The notes: a model not told the origin generated them from the sequence alone. DNA of 64,000 bases from Anaeromyxobacter sp. (GCA_049840735.1 JASGJN010000004.1:32001-96000), one strand, 5' to 3'. Positions 11,719 through 22,125 are shown, counted from the stretch's first letter. Program-made: numbers and translations.

Positions 11719-11787
11719 GCCGCTTCATAGAAGGCCGAACGGTGAGGGCCGGACCCGCAGAGCCGGGCCGCTGCGCGGCCCTACGCT

Positions 11788-11990
11788 CAATGCCGGTCAC
11801 TTAGGCAGCCGCCAGTTGCGGTCGTAGTGGCTCATCTTGATCTTCACCGCCCTCGGGTATCGACGTTTGGAGCGGCGAGGTGGCAAGACGAACTGGCTGA
11901 GATCTTCGGTGCTTCTCTCGATGAACGCCGAGAGCTTGCCTGGGCTCACCAGCGCAGCCAGGCGGAGGGTGTCGCGAGCCAGTCGGAGTT
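11788..11990 (-). mobile_element. IS4-family remnant (transposase C-terminus plus terminal IR)
   Basis: LPPRRSKRRYPRAVKIKMSHY C-terminus; end CAATGCCGGTCACTTA (11788-11803) resembles the IS4 terminal repeat; REP pieces on both sides. Confidence 0.7.
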
Positions 11991-12043
11991 CGCTCAGGCC
12001 GAGCGGGGGCGGCACCCCGAGTTGACCCGGGGTGACGCAGGAT

Positions 12044-12092
12044 CCGTTCGCCCTGAGCGTAGCGGGCCCGCAGGGCCCGCGGAGTCGAAGGG
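12044..12092 (-). repeat. REP-like repeat copy
   Basis: Reverse complement of CCCTTCGACTCCG-hairpin-CTACGCTCAGGGCGAACGG. Confidence 0.85.
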
Positions 12093-12102
12093 CAGGGATT
12101 CG

Positions 12103-12480
12103 CTAGTGCGTCGTCATCGAGAGCGCGTCCCCCACGACCTTGACCAGGTCGTCCAGGTGGAACGGCTTCTTCACGTAGCCGGCGGCGTGGCCGATGGGCT
12201 CCACCACCCGCGCGACCTCCTCGGGCGGCGTGGCCGACACGAACAGCACCTTGGGGCACCGCTCCCCGAGCGAGCCGCGCAGCCGCTCGAACAGGACGGC
12301 ACCGCTCATGCGGGGCATCCGATAGTCCAGCAGCGCCAGATCCGGGGGTTCGCGCTCGGCCAGCTCCAGGGCTTCCTCAGCGGTCGAGACCGAGACGGCC
12401 GTGTGCCCCATGCGCTTGACCGCCAGCTCGAGCGCGCGGCGGACGATGTCTGTGTCGTCTACGATCAGGACCTGTGCCAC
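12103..12480 (-). CDS. Single-domain response regulator
   Basis: VLIVDD, LLDYRMP, FVSA, KKPF. Confidence 0.9.
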   Translation of the reverse strand: MAQVLIVDDTDIVRRALELAVKRMGHTAVSVSTAEEALELAEREPPDLALLDYRMPRMSGAVLFERLRGSLGERCPKVLFVSATPPEEVARVVEPIGHAAGYVKKPFHLDDLVKVVGDALSMTTH

Positions 12481-12655
12481 GTCGTGCGTTCTCCGGTGCT
12501 GCTCCCGGTCCATGGCACATGCGCGTACCGTGCCGCGGCGCGCCGGAGGAATATGTCCACGGATCAGGGGATTGCACCGGCTTCGCTGAGAGTGAGGATG
12601 ACCCCAGGGTCCCTCGTGCCGGGTATCCTACTTCCCACCCCTGCCGGAGCAACTG

Positions 12656-13720
12656 TCAGACAGGCGAGCCGTAGCGCGCCTGCATCCTTCGGACGCGCTC
12701 CCCGAAGTGGCGCCTTGCCGCAGCGGGGGCGATGACCTCCGCCTGCCCCCCCAGGGAGAGGGCGAAGCGGGTGGCCCACTCCTCGCCGGCCTTCACCTCG
12801 ATGACCGCGCTGCCGTCCTCGCCGCGCTTCACCAGCGCGATGCCGGGGCGCGAGAGCGCCCAGCCGGCGGCCGCCGGCGAGATGCGGATCCGGACCGGCT
12901 CGCCGGAGCCCTCGGAGAAGAGGCGCGCCCGGGCCAGCTCGGCCTCGGCCGGCGGCTCGAACCGCTCCGCCAGCACCTGCACCTCGCCGATCCGGTCCAG
13001 GCGGAAGGCCAGCGCCTTCTCGCGCGAGGCGTCGTGGCCGTAGAGGTACCAGTGGCCGAACCGCTGGGCCAGCGTGTAGGGCTTCACCGTCCGCTCGGTC
13101 TCGGCGTCGCGCGAGGCGGAGTGGTAGGCCAGCCGCACCGCGCGCCGCTCGGCGATGGCGCGCTGCAGCCGGCCCAGCACCGAGTCGCGCGCCGGCGGCG
13201 CGCCGGCGTAGATGCGCCCCACCAGCTCGTCGAAGGAGGCGCGGCGGTCGCGCGGGACCGCGTCGCGCAGCGCCCTCACGGCCCGCTCGCGCCCCTCGCC
13301 GCCCAGCGCCTGGGCCGCGGCGGCCAGCGCGGCGGCCTCGCTCTCGGTGAAGCGCGGCGGGCGGGAGAAGGACTGGTGCAGCGCCACGTAGACCCGGTCC
13401 CCCTCCACGTACAGGTCGAGGAAGTCGTCCGGCGCGAAGGGCGGGGAGCCCACGTTGAGCAGGAAGTCGAGATCCTCGAGCAGCTCCTTCTCGGTGCAGC
13501 CGCAGCGGCGCGCCAGGTCCTTCACCGGGATGCCCGGGTGGCGGACCGCGTACGGCACGAGGAAGAGCACCCGGCGCAGCCGGTCGCGCGGGTCGTTGCG
13601 CGCTTTGTCGGCCCGCGGCTCGGCCTTGCGCGCCCGGGGCGCGGCGGCGCCCCTCCGCCCGGCCTGGGCCTCCGGGGCGGCGGCCTCGCGGCGGCGGGCG
13701 GGCTTGCGGGCGGCGGTCAC
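12656..13720 (-). CDS. HTH-WYL-WCX regulator, PafC-like
   Basis: RLRRVLFLVPY, ELLEDL...VGSPPFAPDDFLDL, HWYLYGHD, FRLDRI; GTGA overlap with upstream gene. Confidence 0.85.
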   Translation of the reverse strand: MTAARKPARRREAAAPEAQAGRRGAAAPRARKAEPRADKARNDPRDRLRRVLFLVPYAVRHPGIPVKDLARRCGCTEKELLEDLDFLLNVGSPPFAPDDFLDLYVEGDRVYVALHQSFSRPPRFTESEAAALAAAAQALGGEGRERAVRALRDAVPRDRRASFDELVGRIYAGAPPARDSVLGRLQRAIAERRAVRLAYHSASRDAETERTVKPYTLAQRFGHWYLYGHDASREKALAFRLDRIGEVQVLAERFEPPAEAELARARLFSEGSGEPVRIRISPAAAGWALSRPGIALVKRGEDGSAVIEVKAGEEWATRFALSLGGQAEVIAPAAARRHFGERVRRMQARYGSPV

Positions 13721-14719
13721 GCGATCACCTCCGCCAGCGCGCCCAGCACCTCGCGCGCCCGCTCGCGCAGCGCCTTCGGGGCCAGCACCTCGGCGCGGTC
13801 GCCCAGCGCCAGGACGTGGCGCAGGAGCCCCTCGCCGTTGGTGACCTCCAGCTCCACCACCACCCCGCCCTCCTCCTCCCGCACCCGCGCCCGCGGGCCG
13901 AAGGAGGCGAGCACCTCCGTCGAGAACCGGCGAGTCGAGCCGGACGCGGGCGCGCAGCGGCCCGTGGACGGTGTACTCCCAGGCCTCGCGGGTGGCGTAC
14001 TCGGCCAGCGAGAAGTCCTTGCGCGGCTGGAAGTCAGCGGTGCGCGGGGCGGAGGGGTTCACCTCCAGCGCCTCCACGCGCGACAGGTGGAAGGTCCGGA
14101 TGTCCTTGCGCAGCAGGCACCAGCCCACCAGGAACCAGGCGCCGCCCTTCTGGAAGAGACCGTACGGGTGGACGTCGCGCTCGGTGCGCACCCGGCGCTC
14201 GGCGCCGGTGTAGGCCAGGTGGACCCGCTTCTTGTGCGCGATGGCGCGGGAGAGCGCCTCCACCTTGTCCCCCACCGCGCTGCCGTCCCCGTCGGCCGAG
14301 AGCTGCTGCGTGGCCACGGCGGCCGCCTCCGAGGCGCCGGGGGCGCGGGCGGCGAAGGAGAGCTTGTTGAGCGCGTGGGCCAGGTCGCGGGCGTAGGGGA
14401 AGCTGCCCTGGGCCAGGGCCGCCGAGCCGGCCACGTAGAGGAGCGCCAGGTCCTCCGGCGGCAGCTGGAGGTCAGGTAGGTAGAACTCGTCCTTGTCGAT
14501 CAGGTAGCCGGCGGGCAGGTCCTCGTCGCCGGCCACGTACCGGACCGGGATTCCCAGCTCCAGGAGATCCGCCTTGTCCCGCTCGAACTTGCGGATGGCG
14601 GCCTCGCCCTTCCCCGCGTAATCGTCGGGAAACTGCTCCTGGATCTCGCGCCAGGAGACGGGCTCGGCGGCCTTCAGCAAGAGGGCCGCCAGATCCAGGA
14701 GCCGCTGATCCTTCTGCAT
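13717..14719 (-). CDS. HTH-WYL-WCX regulator, PafB-like (frameshift ~13920)
   Basis: QRLLDL, RKFERDKADLLELGIP, AWFLVGW, TFHLSRV; C-terminus in ORF 13717-13914. Confidence 0.85.
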
Positions 14720-14799
14720 CGGGCGAGAACCTAGCAGGCGCGCCCGGCCAGTCAACGTGTGCTACGATGGGCTGCACGTCGAGAGGCGGGAGCGGTCGC

Positions 14800-15426
14800 A
14801 TGGCAGGGCTGGGGCTCGGTCCACCCGACTTCGCGCTGTTCGAGATCGAGGACCCGGACGACAGGTCCGCGGCGCTCGAGGCCGTGCTGCTGCCCAAGCT
14901 CGGCGCCATCGCGCAGCAGTGCCTCTCCGGGCTGGGCCGCGTGGCCGGCCACGACCTCTTCCTCCACCCCGGCAAGCTGCAGCGGAAGCGCGGCGCCGCT
15001 CCGGAGGAGCTGCTGGTCGCGTTCTGCGAGAGCGAGCGCGGCTTCCGCGGCCTGCCCTTCCTCGGCATCGCGCTCACCCGGGAGCACCTGCACGCACGCG
15101 TGGGCGTCCGCGGCGAAGGGCCGCGGCGCGAGCCCATGCGCCAGGCCCTGCAGCGGGAGGCGGTCAACCTCTCGCGCAAGGGCAAGCCGTTCCGGCGCCT
15201 GCGGCAGTTCTCCGGCTGGAACCACGAGGAGCTGCCCGAGCTGGCCCCGGCCCACTCCGCCGCGTTCTGGGAGGAGCTGGCCGAGGAGCTGGCCGCCGGC
15301 GAGGCCGGGCTGGACGTGGGCATCTGCTGGACGCAGGACGAGGCCCGCAGCGTGGCGCTGGGCGACCTCCTGGGCGTGTTCCGCGACCTGGCGCCGCTCT
15401 ACAAGGTGCTGGTCAACGCGGAGTAG
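14800..15426 (+). CDS. YktB/DUF1054-like protein
   Basis: DFALF, LPKL, P-E-LVAF-ERGFRGLP pattern. Confidence 0.6.
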   Translation: MAGLGLGPPDFALFEIEDPDDRSAALEAVLLPKLGAIAQQCLSGLGRVAGHDLFLHPGKLQRKRGAAPEELLVAFCESERGFRGLPFLGIALTREHLHARVGVRGEGPRREPMRQALQREAVNLSRKGKPFRRLRQFSGWNHEELPELAPAHSAAFWEELAEELAAGEAGLDVGICWTQDEARSVALGDLLGVFRDLAPLYKVLVNAE

Positions 15427-15442
15427 GCCCTCGGCCTCCCTG

Positions 15443-15996
15443 CCCTTCGACTCCGCTCGCCCTGCGGGATCGCTACGCTCAGGGCGAACGGGGCCCCTCG
15501 GTGCCGGGCGGACCATGACTCAGGCCGGTCGGACCATGACTCAGGCCGAGCGGACCATGCGACTTGGCGCCGCTCTACAAGGTGCTGGTGAACGCGGAGT
15601 AGGGCCGCAGCGTCCCCTGCCCTTCGACTCCGCTCGCCCTGCGGGCTCGTTACGCTCAGGGCGAACGGGGCCCCTCGGAGCCGAGCGGACCATGACTCAG
15701 GCCGGTCGGACCATGACTCAGGCCGAGCGGACCATGACTCAGGCCGAGCGGACCATGACTCAGGCCGAGCGGACCATGACTCAGGCCGAGCGGACCATGA
15801 CTCAGGCCGAGCGGACCATGACCCAGGCCGGGCGGAAACAGCTCAGGCCGGGCGGACCCATGACTCAGGCCGAGCGGAAACAGCTCAGGCCGGTCGGACC
15901 CATGACCCAGGCCGGGCGGAAACAGCTCAGGCCGAGCGGGCTGTGAACCCGTTCGGCCTGAGCGTAGCCGCCGCGCAGCGGCGGCGGAGTCGAAGG
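15443..15996. repeat. REP cluster with 21-bp tandem array
   Basis: Forward REPs 15443-15491 and 15620-15668, reverse REP 15949-15996; ~14 units of GGACCATGACTCAGGCCGAGC and variants (15510-15559, 15687-15940). Confidence 0.92.
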
Positions 15997-16013
15997 CCAG
16001 GGATCCGAGCGCC

Positions 16014-16889
16014 CTACGCGCTCTTCTCCACCGCCTCGTCCGTCCCGCCGGCGCCGCCCACCGGGCCCTCGGGCTCGGCCGGCGCGGAGGGCGTGGTGGC
16101 GCGCTTGGCCTCCTGCTCCGTCAGGCGGCGCTCCTCGCGGGCGGCCTGGCGCACCGCCTCGACCAGCTCCTCGTGGTCCTTGCGGAGCGCGTCGTGGCGG
16201 CGGCGCAGCTCGGCGTAGCGATCCGCCGCCAGCTCCAGCTCGCCCTTCTGCACCATGTAGACCCGCTTCTCGGTCTCGAGCCGGCCGCGCACGCCGCGCA
16301 GCGACGCCTCCAGCTCGCCGAGCTTCTTCCTGGCCTCGCCCAGCTTGGCCTCGGCCTTGTCGGCGCGATCCTTCTCGGCGGCCAGCGCGGCGGCGTCGGC
16401 GCCCGGGACGGCCACCGGCGCTGGCGCGGCCACGGCCACCGGGGCCGGCGCGGCGGCGGCGGCCTCGGCGCGGGCGCGGGCCTTCTCGGCGGCGGCGCTG
16501 GCGCGGACCAGCTCGGCCTCCAGCGCCTTGACCCGGGCCGACTGGCCCTCGGCCTCGGAGCGGGCCTCGGTCAGGCGGTGGCCCAGCTTCTCCAGCTCCT
16601 CGCGGAGCGCCTGGGCGCCGCCGGCCTTCTTGGCGGCCTCCTGCTGCTCATAGGCCTTCTTCTTGCTGCGCTCCAGGTCGGCCTTGAGCTGCGCCACCTC
16701 CTCGCGGCGGGCCTTGGCCTCGACCTTCACGTCGGCGGCGGCCTTGCGCGCCTCCTCCACCTCCCTGGCCTGCTGGGCCAGGGTGGCCTCGCGGGCGGCC
16801 AGCGCCGCCTTGGCGGTGCGCGAGGACATGGCGAAGGCGACGGCGGCGAGGACGCCAACCAAGGCGACGACGAGGAGGAGGACTTGCAT
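16014..16889 (-). CDS. Membrane-anchored coiled-coil protein
   Basis: N-terminal TM (VLLLVVALVGVLAAVAFAM) then Ala/Glu/Lys-rich heptads. Confidence 0.75.
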   Translation of the reverse strand: MQVLLLVVALVGVLAAVAFAMSSRTAKAALAAREATLAQQAREVEEARKAAADVKVEAKARREEVAQLKADLERSKKKAYEQQEAAKKAGGAQALREELEKLGHRLTEARSEAEGQSARVKALEAELVRASAAAEKARARAEAAAAAPAPVAVAAPAPVAVPGADAAALAAEKDRADKAEAKLGEARKKLGELEASLRGVRGRLETEKRVYMVQKGELELAADRYAELRRRHDALRKDHEELVEAVRQAAREERRLTEQEAKRATTPSAPAEPEGPVGGAGGTDEAVEKSA

Positions 16890-17066
16890 GGTGGAGGGGC
16901 TCCGGGTGGGAAGGCTCCTCCTCAGTACCGCGGATGCCGGGCATTGAAAAGCACCAGCGTCCAGGCGGGCAGGCCCCCGCCGCGGCGGCCCGGATGGCGG
17001 CCGGTTAGGGAAGGTCGAGAATCGGGGCCGACGCCGCGGGGCCGCCAGGCTAGGATCCCCCTCCCC

Positions 17067-18625
17067 ATGCGCCGCGTCGCCACCAAGATCTTCCTCGCCT
17101 TCGCGGTCTCGCTGGCCGCGTTCGGGGCCGTGGCGGCCTTCTCGGTCTCGCGGCTGCATGAGCTGCACCGGGACCTGCGGCTGCTCTCCGCCGGCTACCT
17201 GCCGCTGACGCGCATCGCCGCCCAGCTCGAGGTGAAGGACTGGGTGGCCAGCCGCGCGCTGGAGGCGCGGACCCTGGACCCGGCGGCGCGCCAGGCCTAC
17301 CTGCCGGTGGCCCGCGCCCACTTCCCGGCGCTGGTCCGCGAGAAGATCGAGGAGGGGAAGCGGGTGGCCGCCGAGGCCGCCGCCTTCGCCAGCGGCGACG
17401 AGGCCCGCTTCCTGGCCGACGTGACCGCCAAGCTGGAGAAGCTCTCCCGGCGCTGGTCGGAGTACGACGTGGAGGCGCGCGGCCTGCTCGACGCGCTGGA
17501 GGCGGGCGAGGGGCAGGGCGGGCGCGCGGCCCCGGACCTGGAGGCGCGCATCCAGAAGGTGCGCCTGCTGGAGAAGGGGCTCTCGGTGGACGTGCGGCTG
17601 CTGCAGGTCGCCCTGGAGGCGCAGATCGGCGACCGCGTGCAGGGCACCGAGCGCACCGAGGCAGCACCGTCTCGCTGATCCTCATCTACAGCGCGCTGGC
17701 GCTGGCGGTGGGGGCGGGCGCGGCGCTCATCTCGCACCGGCTGCTGGCCCCCATCCGCTCCCTGACCGAGGGCGTGAAGGCCGTGGCGGCCGGCGACCTC
17801 TCGCCCAAGGTCGAGGTGCGCAGCCAGGACGAGCTGGGGCTCCTGGCCCGCGAGTTCAACGCCATGGCCGCCTCGCTCGACCGGCAGCAGGCCGCGCTGC
17901 GGCGGGCGGAGCGGCTGGCGGCGGTGGGGCGCATCTCGGCCCAGATCACCCACGAGATCCGCAACCCGCTCAACGCCATCGGGCTCAACGCCGAGCTGCT
18001 CTCCGACGAGATCGGCGCCCTGCCCGGCCCGCCCCGCGAGGCGACGCAGCTGGTGGCCGCCATCTCGCGCGAGGTGGACCGGCTCAACGGCGTGGCCGAG
18101 GAGTACCTCCGCTTCGCGCGCATGCCGCGCCCCACGCTCGCGCCCTGCGATCTCAACGAGCTGCTCTCCGGCCTGCTGGACTTCCTGGCCCCGGAGCTGG
18201 CCGCCGCCGGCGTGGCGGTGGAGCGCCGCCTGGCCGCCGGGCTGCCGGCCGTGCGGGCGGACGAGGGGCAGCTGCGCGCCGTCTTCCTGAACCTGCTGCG
18301 CAACAGCCGCGAGGCCATGCCGCGCGGCGGCCAGGTGACGATCGCCACCCGCCCCACCGAGGGAGGGGTCGAGGCGGAGGTGCGCGACACCGGCGGGGGG
18401 ATCCCCCCAGGTGACCTGACGCGGATCTTCGAGCCGTTCTACTCCACCAAGCAGCGCGGCACCGGGCTGGGGCTCGCCTACACGCAGCAGGTGGTCGAGG
18501 AGCACGGCGGCACGGTGCGCTGCGAGAGCGCGGTGGGGCGCGGGACGGTATTCACGGTGCGGATCCCTGCGGTCGCCGAGCCGCCGGCGGTGGGCGCGGC
18601 GGACGAGGCGGCGGTGCGGGGCTGA
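17067..18625 (+). CDS. HAMP-domain sensor histidine kinase (frameshift ~17660)
   Basis: Two TMs, THEIRNPLN H-box, NLLRNS, DTGGGI, FYSTK, GTGLGL. Confidence 0.92.
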
Positions 18626-18674
18626 ACGGGGACAGGCAGGGCACGAGGGCGCCAGAGGAGGGCGCGAGAGCGAC

Positions 18675-20097
18675 ATGAGACGGCCGATTCGAGAGATCCC
18701 GCTGAGCCGACGGAAGGGACCGGCGCCGCGCGGCGCCGCCTTCAGGGTGGCCGCCCCCCGGGTGCGCACCGGGGCGCGCGCGCGCCGCCCGCAGGACGAC
18801 GGCTGGGGCGAGGTGGACCGCGCCGTGCTGCCCAACGGCCTGCGCGTCCTCACCGCCCGCGCACCGGGGCTCCACTCGGCCATGATCGCGCTCTACGTGC
18901 GGGCCGGCTCGCGCCACGAGTCGGCCGGCCGGAACGGCGTCTCGCACTTCCTCGAGCACCTCTTCTTCCGCGGCTCGGTGGGCTACCCGGACACGGTGGA
19001 GATGAACGCGGTGGTGGAGGCGGCCGGCGGCAGCCTCAACGGCATCACCGCCCGCGACCACGGCTGCTACTACACGCCCATCCACCCGGACGAGGTCGGC
19101 ACCGGCCTGGAGGTGCTGGGTGACCTGATGCAGCGACCGCTGCTCAAGGAGATGGACATCGAGCGCGAGGTCATCCTGGAGGAGATCCTCGACGAGGTGG
19201 ACGCGGGCGGGCGCGACATCGACCCGGACAACATCTCCAAGCGGATCGTCTTCGGGGACCACCCGCTGGGCTTCAAGAATCGCCGGCACCGCCGAGATCG
19301 TCCGGCGCCTGGCGCCGCGCGACGTGAAGGCCCACCTGGCCCGCTTCTACACCGGCAGCAACCTGGTGCTGGCGGTGGCCGGCCCGGTGCGGCCGGCCGA
19401 GGTGGTGGAGCTGGCGGAGCGCCACCTGGGCGCCCTGCCCCGCGGCAAGCCCAGCGTGGACCGGCCGGCGCCGCCCTGGCCGGACGGCCCGCGGCTGTCG
19501 CTGGTGGAGCACGACGACGCGCAGGCTGAGTTCTCGCTCTCCTTCCCCTGCCCGCCCGAGCGCCACCCGGAGTACCCGGTGCACCTGTGCATCCGGCGCC
19601 TGCTCGACGACGGCCTCTCCTCGCGCCTGCCCTTCGAGATCGTCGAGAAGCGCGGGCTGGCCTACGCGCTCCACGCCGGCATCGACACCTTCACCGACTC
19701 CGGCATGACCGTGATCGACGGCGCCTGCGCGCCCCGCAAGCTGCCGCGGGTCATCGAGGAGGTGCTGCGCGTGCTGGGGCGGCTGGCCGCGGAGCGCGTG
19801 CCGGAGGAGGAGCTCCTGCGGGTGCAGCGGCGCCACCGCATGACGCTGGCCTTCTCGCTCGACTCGGTGGCCGACCTGGCCGGCTGGTACGGCGCCGGCG
19901 AGGTGCTCTCCTCGCCGGAGGGGTTCGAGGAGCGCTGCCTGCGGGTGGAGGGGGTGACGCCGGCCGACGTGCAGCGGGTGGCGCGCCAGACCTTCCGCCG
20001 TCAGAACCTGGTGGCGGTGGTGGTGGGGCCGGCCACCCGGCGCGCCCGCGCGGCCGTCGATCGGGTGATCCACCGGAGCGACGTGCTGCCGGGCTGA
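18675..20097 (+). CDS. M16 family zinc peptidase (frameshift ~19278)
   Basis: LPNGLRV, GSRHE, HFLEHL inverted HxxEH. Confidence 0.9.
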
Positions 20098-20136
20098 GGC
20101 AGCGCCCACCACCCCGTTGGTGGTACCCTGATCCCG

Positions 20137-20463
20137 GTGATCTCGGACTTCGTCATCCGCGCGCTCGAGCGCCTCCGGGAGGATCGCTCCTTCAGCCGGA
20201 ACCGCTACTTCGTGGCGCTCTCCTCGCCCGAGGGGCGCCGCGCGCTGCGCATCCACCGCCACCTGCGCTCGCTGGAGCGCGACCTGGGGGCGGCGGGCGC
20301 GGCCGGCTCGGTGGCGCACGAGGCGGAGCGGGTGAGGCTCGCCATCCGCGGACCGCGCGGGTCGCGCACCGCCTGGCTGACCCGCGCCGAGTTCCGGATC
20401 CTCTGCACCAGCCCCGAGGTGCGGACCGCGCTGGGCCAGGCGGGCGAGGGGGCGGCGCGCTGA
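20137..20463 (+). CDS. Hypothetical protein
   Basis: Clean ORF with host-like codon use; TGATG coupling to the next gene. Confidence 0.6.
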   Translation: MISDFVIRALERLREDRSFSRNRYFVALSSPEGRRALRIHRHLRSLERDLGAAGAAGSVAHEAERVRLAIRGPRGSRTAWLTRAEFRILCTSPEVRTALGQAGEGAAR

Positions 20464-20868
20464 TGGACCTCGAATCCCCTGCTGCTCACCGGGCACACCG
20501 TCATCGACGCCCAGCACCGCGAGCTGTTCAAGCGGCTGGGCCAGCTCCAGGCCGCGTCGCGCCAGCACCGCAGCCGGGAGGAGATCGGGCGCCTGCTCGA
20601 GTTCCTGGGCAGCTACGTCGAGGTCCACTTCGCCACCGAGGAGGAGGCCATGCTGGGCGCCGGCTACCCCGGCCTGGCGGCGCACCGGGCGGAGCACCAG
20701 CGCTTCACCGCCGAGATGGAGGGGCTGCGCGCCGAGTACGCGCGCGACGGGGCCGGGCCGCTGCTGGTGATCCGGGTGGGGAACCGCGTCACCGCCTGGC
20801 TCCGCGAGCACATCTCCCGGACCGACCGCGGCATGGGCGAGTGGCTGCGCGAGCACGGGGGCGTGTAG
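20463..20868 (+). CDS. Bacteriohemerythrin (frameshift near start)
   Basis: IDAQH, HFATEE, HRAEH, WLREHI..TD iron ligands. Confidence 0.88.
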
Positions 20869-20888
20869 CGGGCGCTGCCGCTTTACAG

Positions 20889-21743
20889 CTACGGCGCGCC
20901 CGCCGACCGAGGCTCCCTGGTTCCTCGGACGGCGAGCGCGCCGCAAGGGTTCAAAGCTGGATCTTCTCCGGACAGGTACTCGGCCGTCCGGCCAGCGATC
21001 ACCACCGAATCGTCGCGGTCCTCGCAGCGCAGCCGGCCGCCGCGTGCCGAGGCCTGGAAGGCCTCCAGGCGCCGCTTGCCCAGCCGCGCCGCCCAGTACG
21101 GGACCAGCGCGCAGTCGATCGACCCCGTCACCGGATCCTCCGGGATGCCGGCCTGCGGGGCGAAGTAGCGGGAGACGAAGTCGAGGCCGGCGCCGCTGCG
21201 GGCCGGGGCGGTGACCACCAGCCCGTGGCCGGGCAGCTCGCGGACCGCGGCCAGGTCCGGCTGGCAGGCGCGCACCGCCTCCTCGCCGTCCAGCAGCGCG
21301 ATCCAGTCGCGCGCCAGGACGGCCTCCCGGGGCGCGCGCCCCAGGGCGCGGACCAGCGCCGGCGGCGGCGCGCCCGGCACCGGCACATGGCGCGGGAAGA
21401 CCATCGAGAGCAGGCCGTCCGGCTCGCGGCTGACGGTGAGCGGGCCGCTCTGCGAGGCGAAGGTGACGGCGCGGGCGCCGGGCTCGAGGTGCGTCAGCAC
21501 CACGTGGGCCGAGGCCAGCGTGGCGTGGCCGCAGAGCTCGACCTCATAGACGGGCGTGAACCAGCGGATGTGCCAGCCGGCGGCGTCGCGCAGCAGGAAG
21601 GCGGTCTCGGAGAGGTTGTTCTCGGCGGCGATGGCGCGGAGCGTGGCGTCGGGCAGCCAGGCCTCGAGCGGGCAGACCGCCGCCGGGTTCCCGGCGAAGA
21701 CCTGCTCGGCGAAGGCGTCAATCTGCCACATCCGCAGCTTCAT
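20889..21743 (-). CDS. PhzF family isomerase (true stop may be ~20951)
   Basis: QIDAF...GNPAAV, NNLSETAF, LCGHATLA, EDPVTGS. Confidence 0.92.
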   Translation of the reverse strand: MKLRMWQIDAFAEQVFAGNPAAVCPLEAWLPDATLRAIAAENNLSETAFLLRDAAGWHIRWFTPVYEVELCGHATLASAHVVLTHLEPGARAVTFASQSGPLTVSREPDGLLSMVFPRHVPVPGAPPPALVRALGRAPREAVLARDWIALLDGEEAVRACQPDLAAVRELPGHGLVVTAPARSGAGLDFVSRYFAPQAGIPEDPVTGSIDCALVPYWAARLGKRRLEAFQASARGGRLRCEDRDDSVVIAGRTAEYLSGEDPALNPCGALAVRGTREPRSAGAP

Positions 21744-21755
21744 GGTCGTGCTCTC

Positions 21756-22020
21756 CTACCGCGCCGCCGCGTGGGCGAACCGGCTGGAGATGGTCGCCGG
21801 CTGGGCCAGCGGGACCACCTCGAGGCGGGCCGGCGTGAGCGCGAACACCACCAGGCGCCCCTTCCAGCTGCTCTCGAACGCCTGGGCGGCGCGGACCACG
21901 TGATCCTGCCCGTCGCGCTGGCGCGTGATCCAGACCTCGCCCGAGCGGACCCGGACCTGGATCCCGTCCCGCCCCACGTCAGCGGCCCACGTCTGCGATT
22001 CGGAGAGGTCGAGCATCATG
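21756..22020 (-). CDS. DUF2917-like small protein
   Basis: VRSGEVWIT..D..DHV motif; divergent from a MocR regulator. Confidence 0.65.
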
Positions 22021-22125
22021 GCGAGGGCATTAGTAAGACTCCCGGACGGGACATAACAGATACAGAATTGTCGATTTGCGACCAGCACAGTTACACTACA
22101 TCGGAACCTGTGCTAGCCTCGCGAC

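Larger units (their letters stand above)
10302..11731 (+). mobile_element. IS110-family (IS1111-type) insertion sequence
   Basis: Subterminal IRs ATGAAGCGGC (10307-10316) and GCCGCTTCAT (11719-11728); AG core at both junctions (10300-10301, 11732-11733); long 3' non-coding region. Confidence 0.9.

Noticed and set aside
12656..14755. Single 699-aa double-WYL fusion
   Set aside because: An indel near 13920 joins two genes; the first gene's C-terminus and a GTGA overlap are visible at 13717-13914.
14759..15946. ORF encoding an MTQAERT repeat protein
   Set aside because: It overlaps the YktB-like gene out of frame and is open only because the 21-bp unit lacks stop codons.
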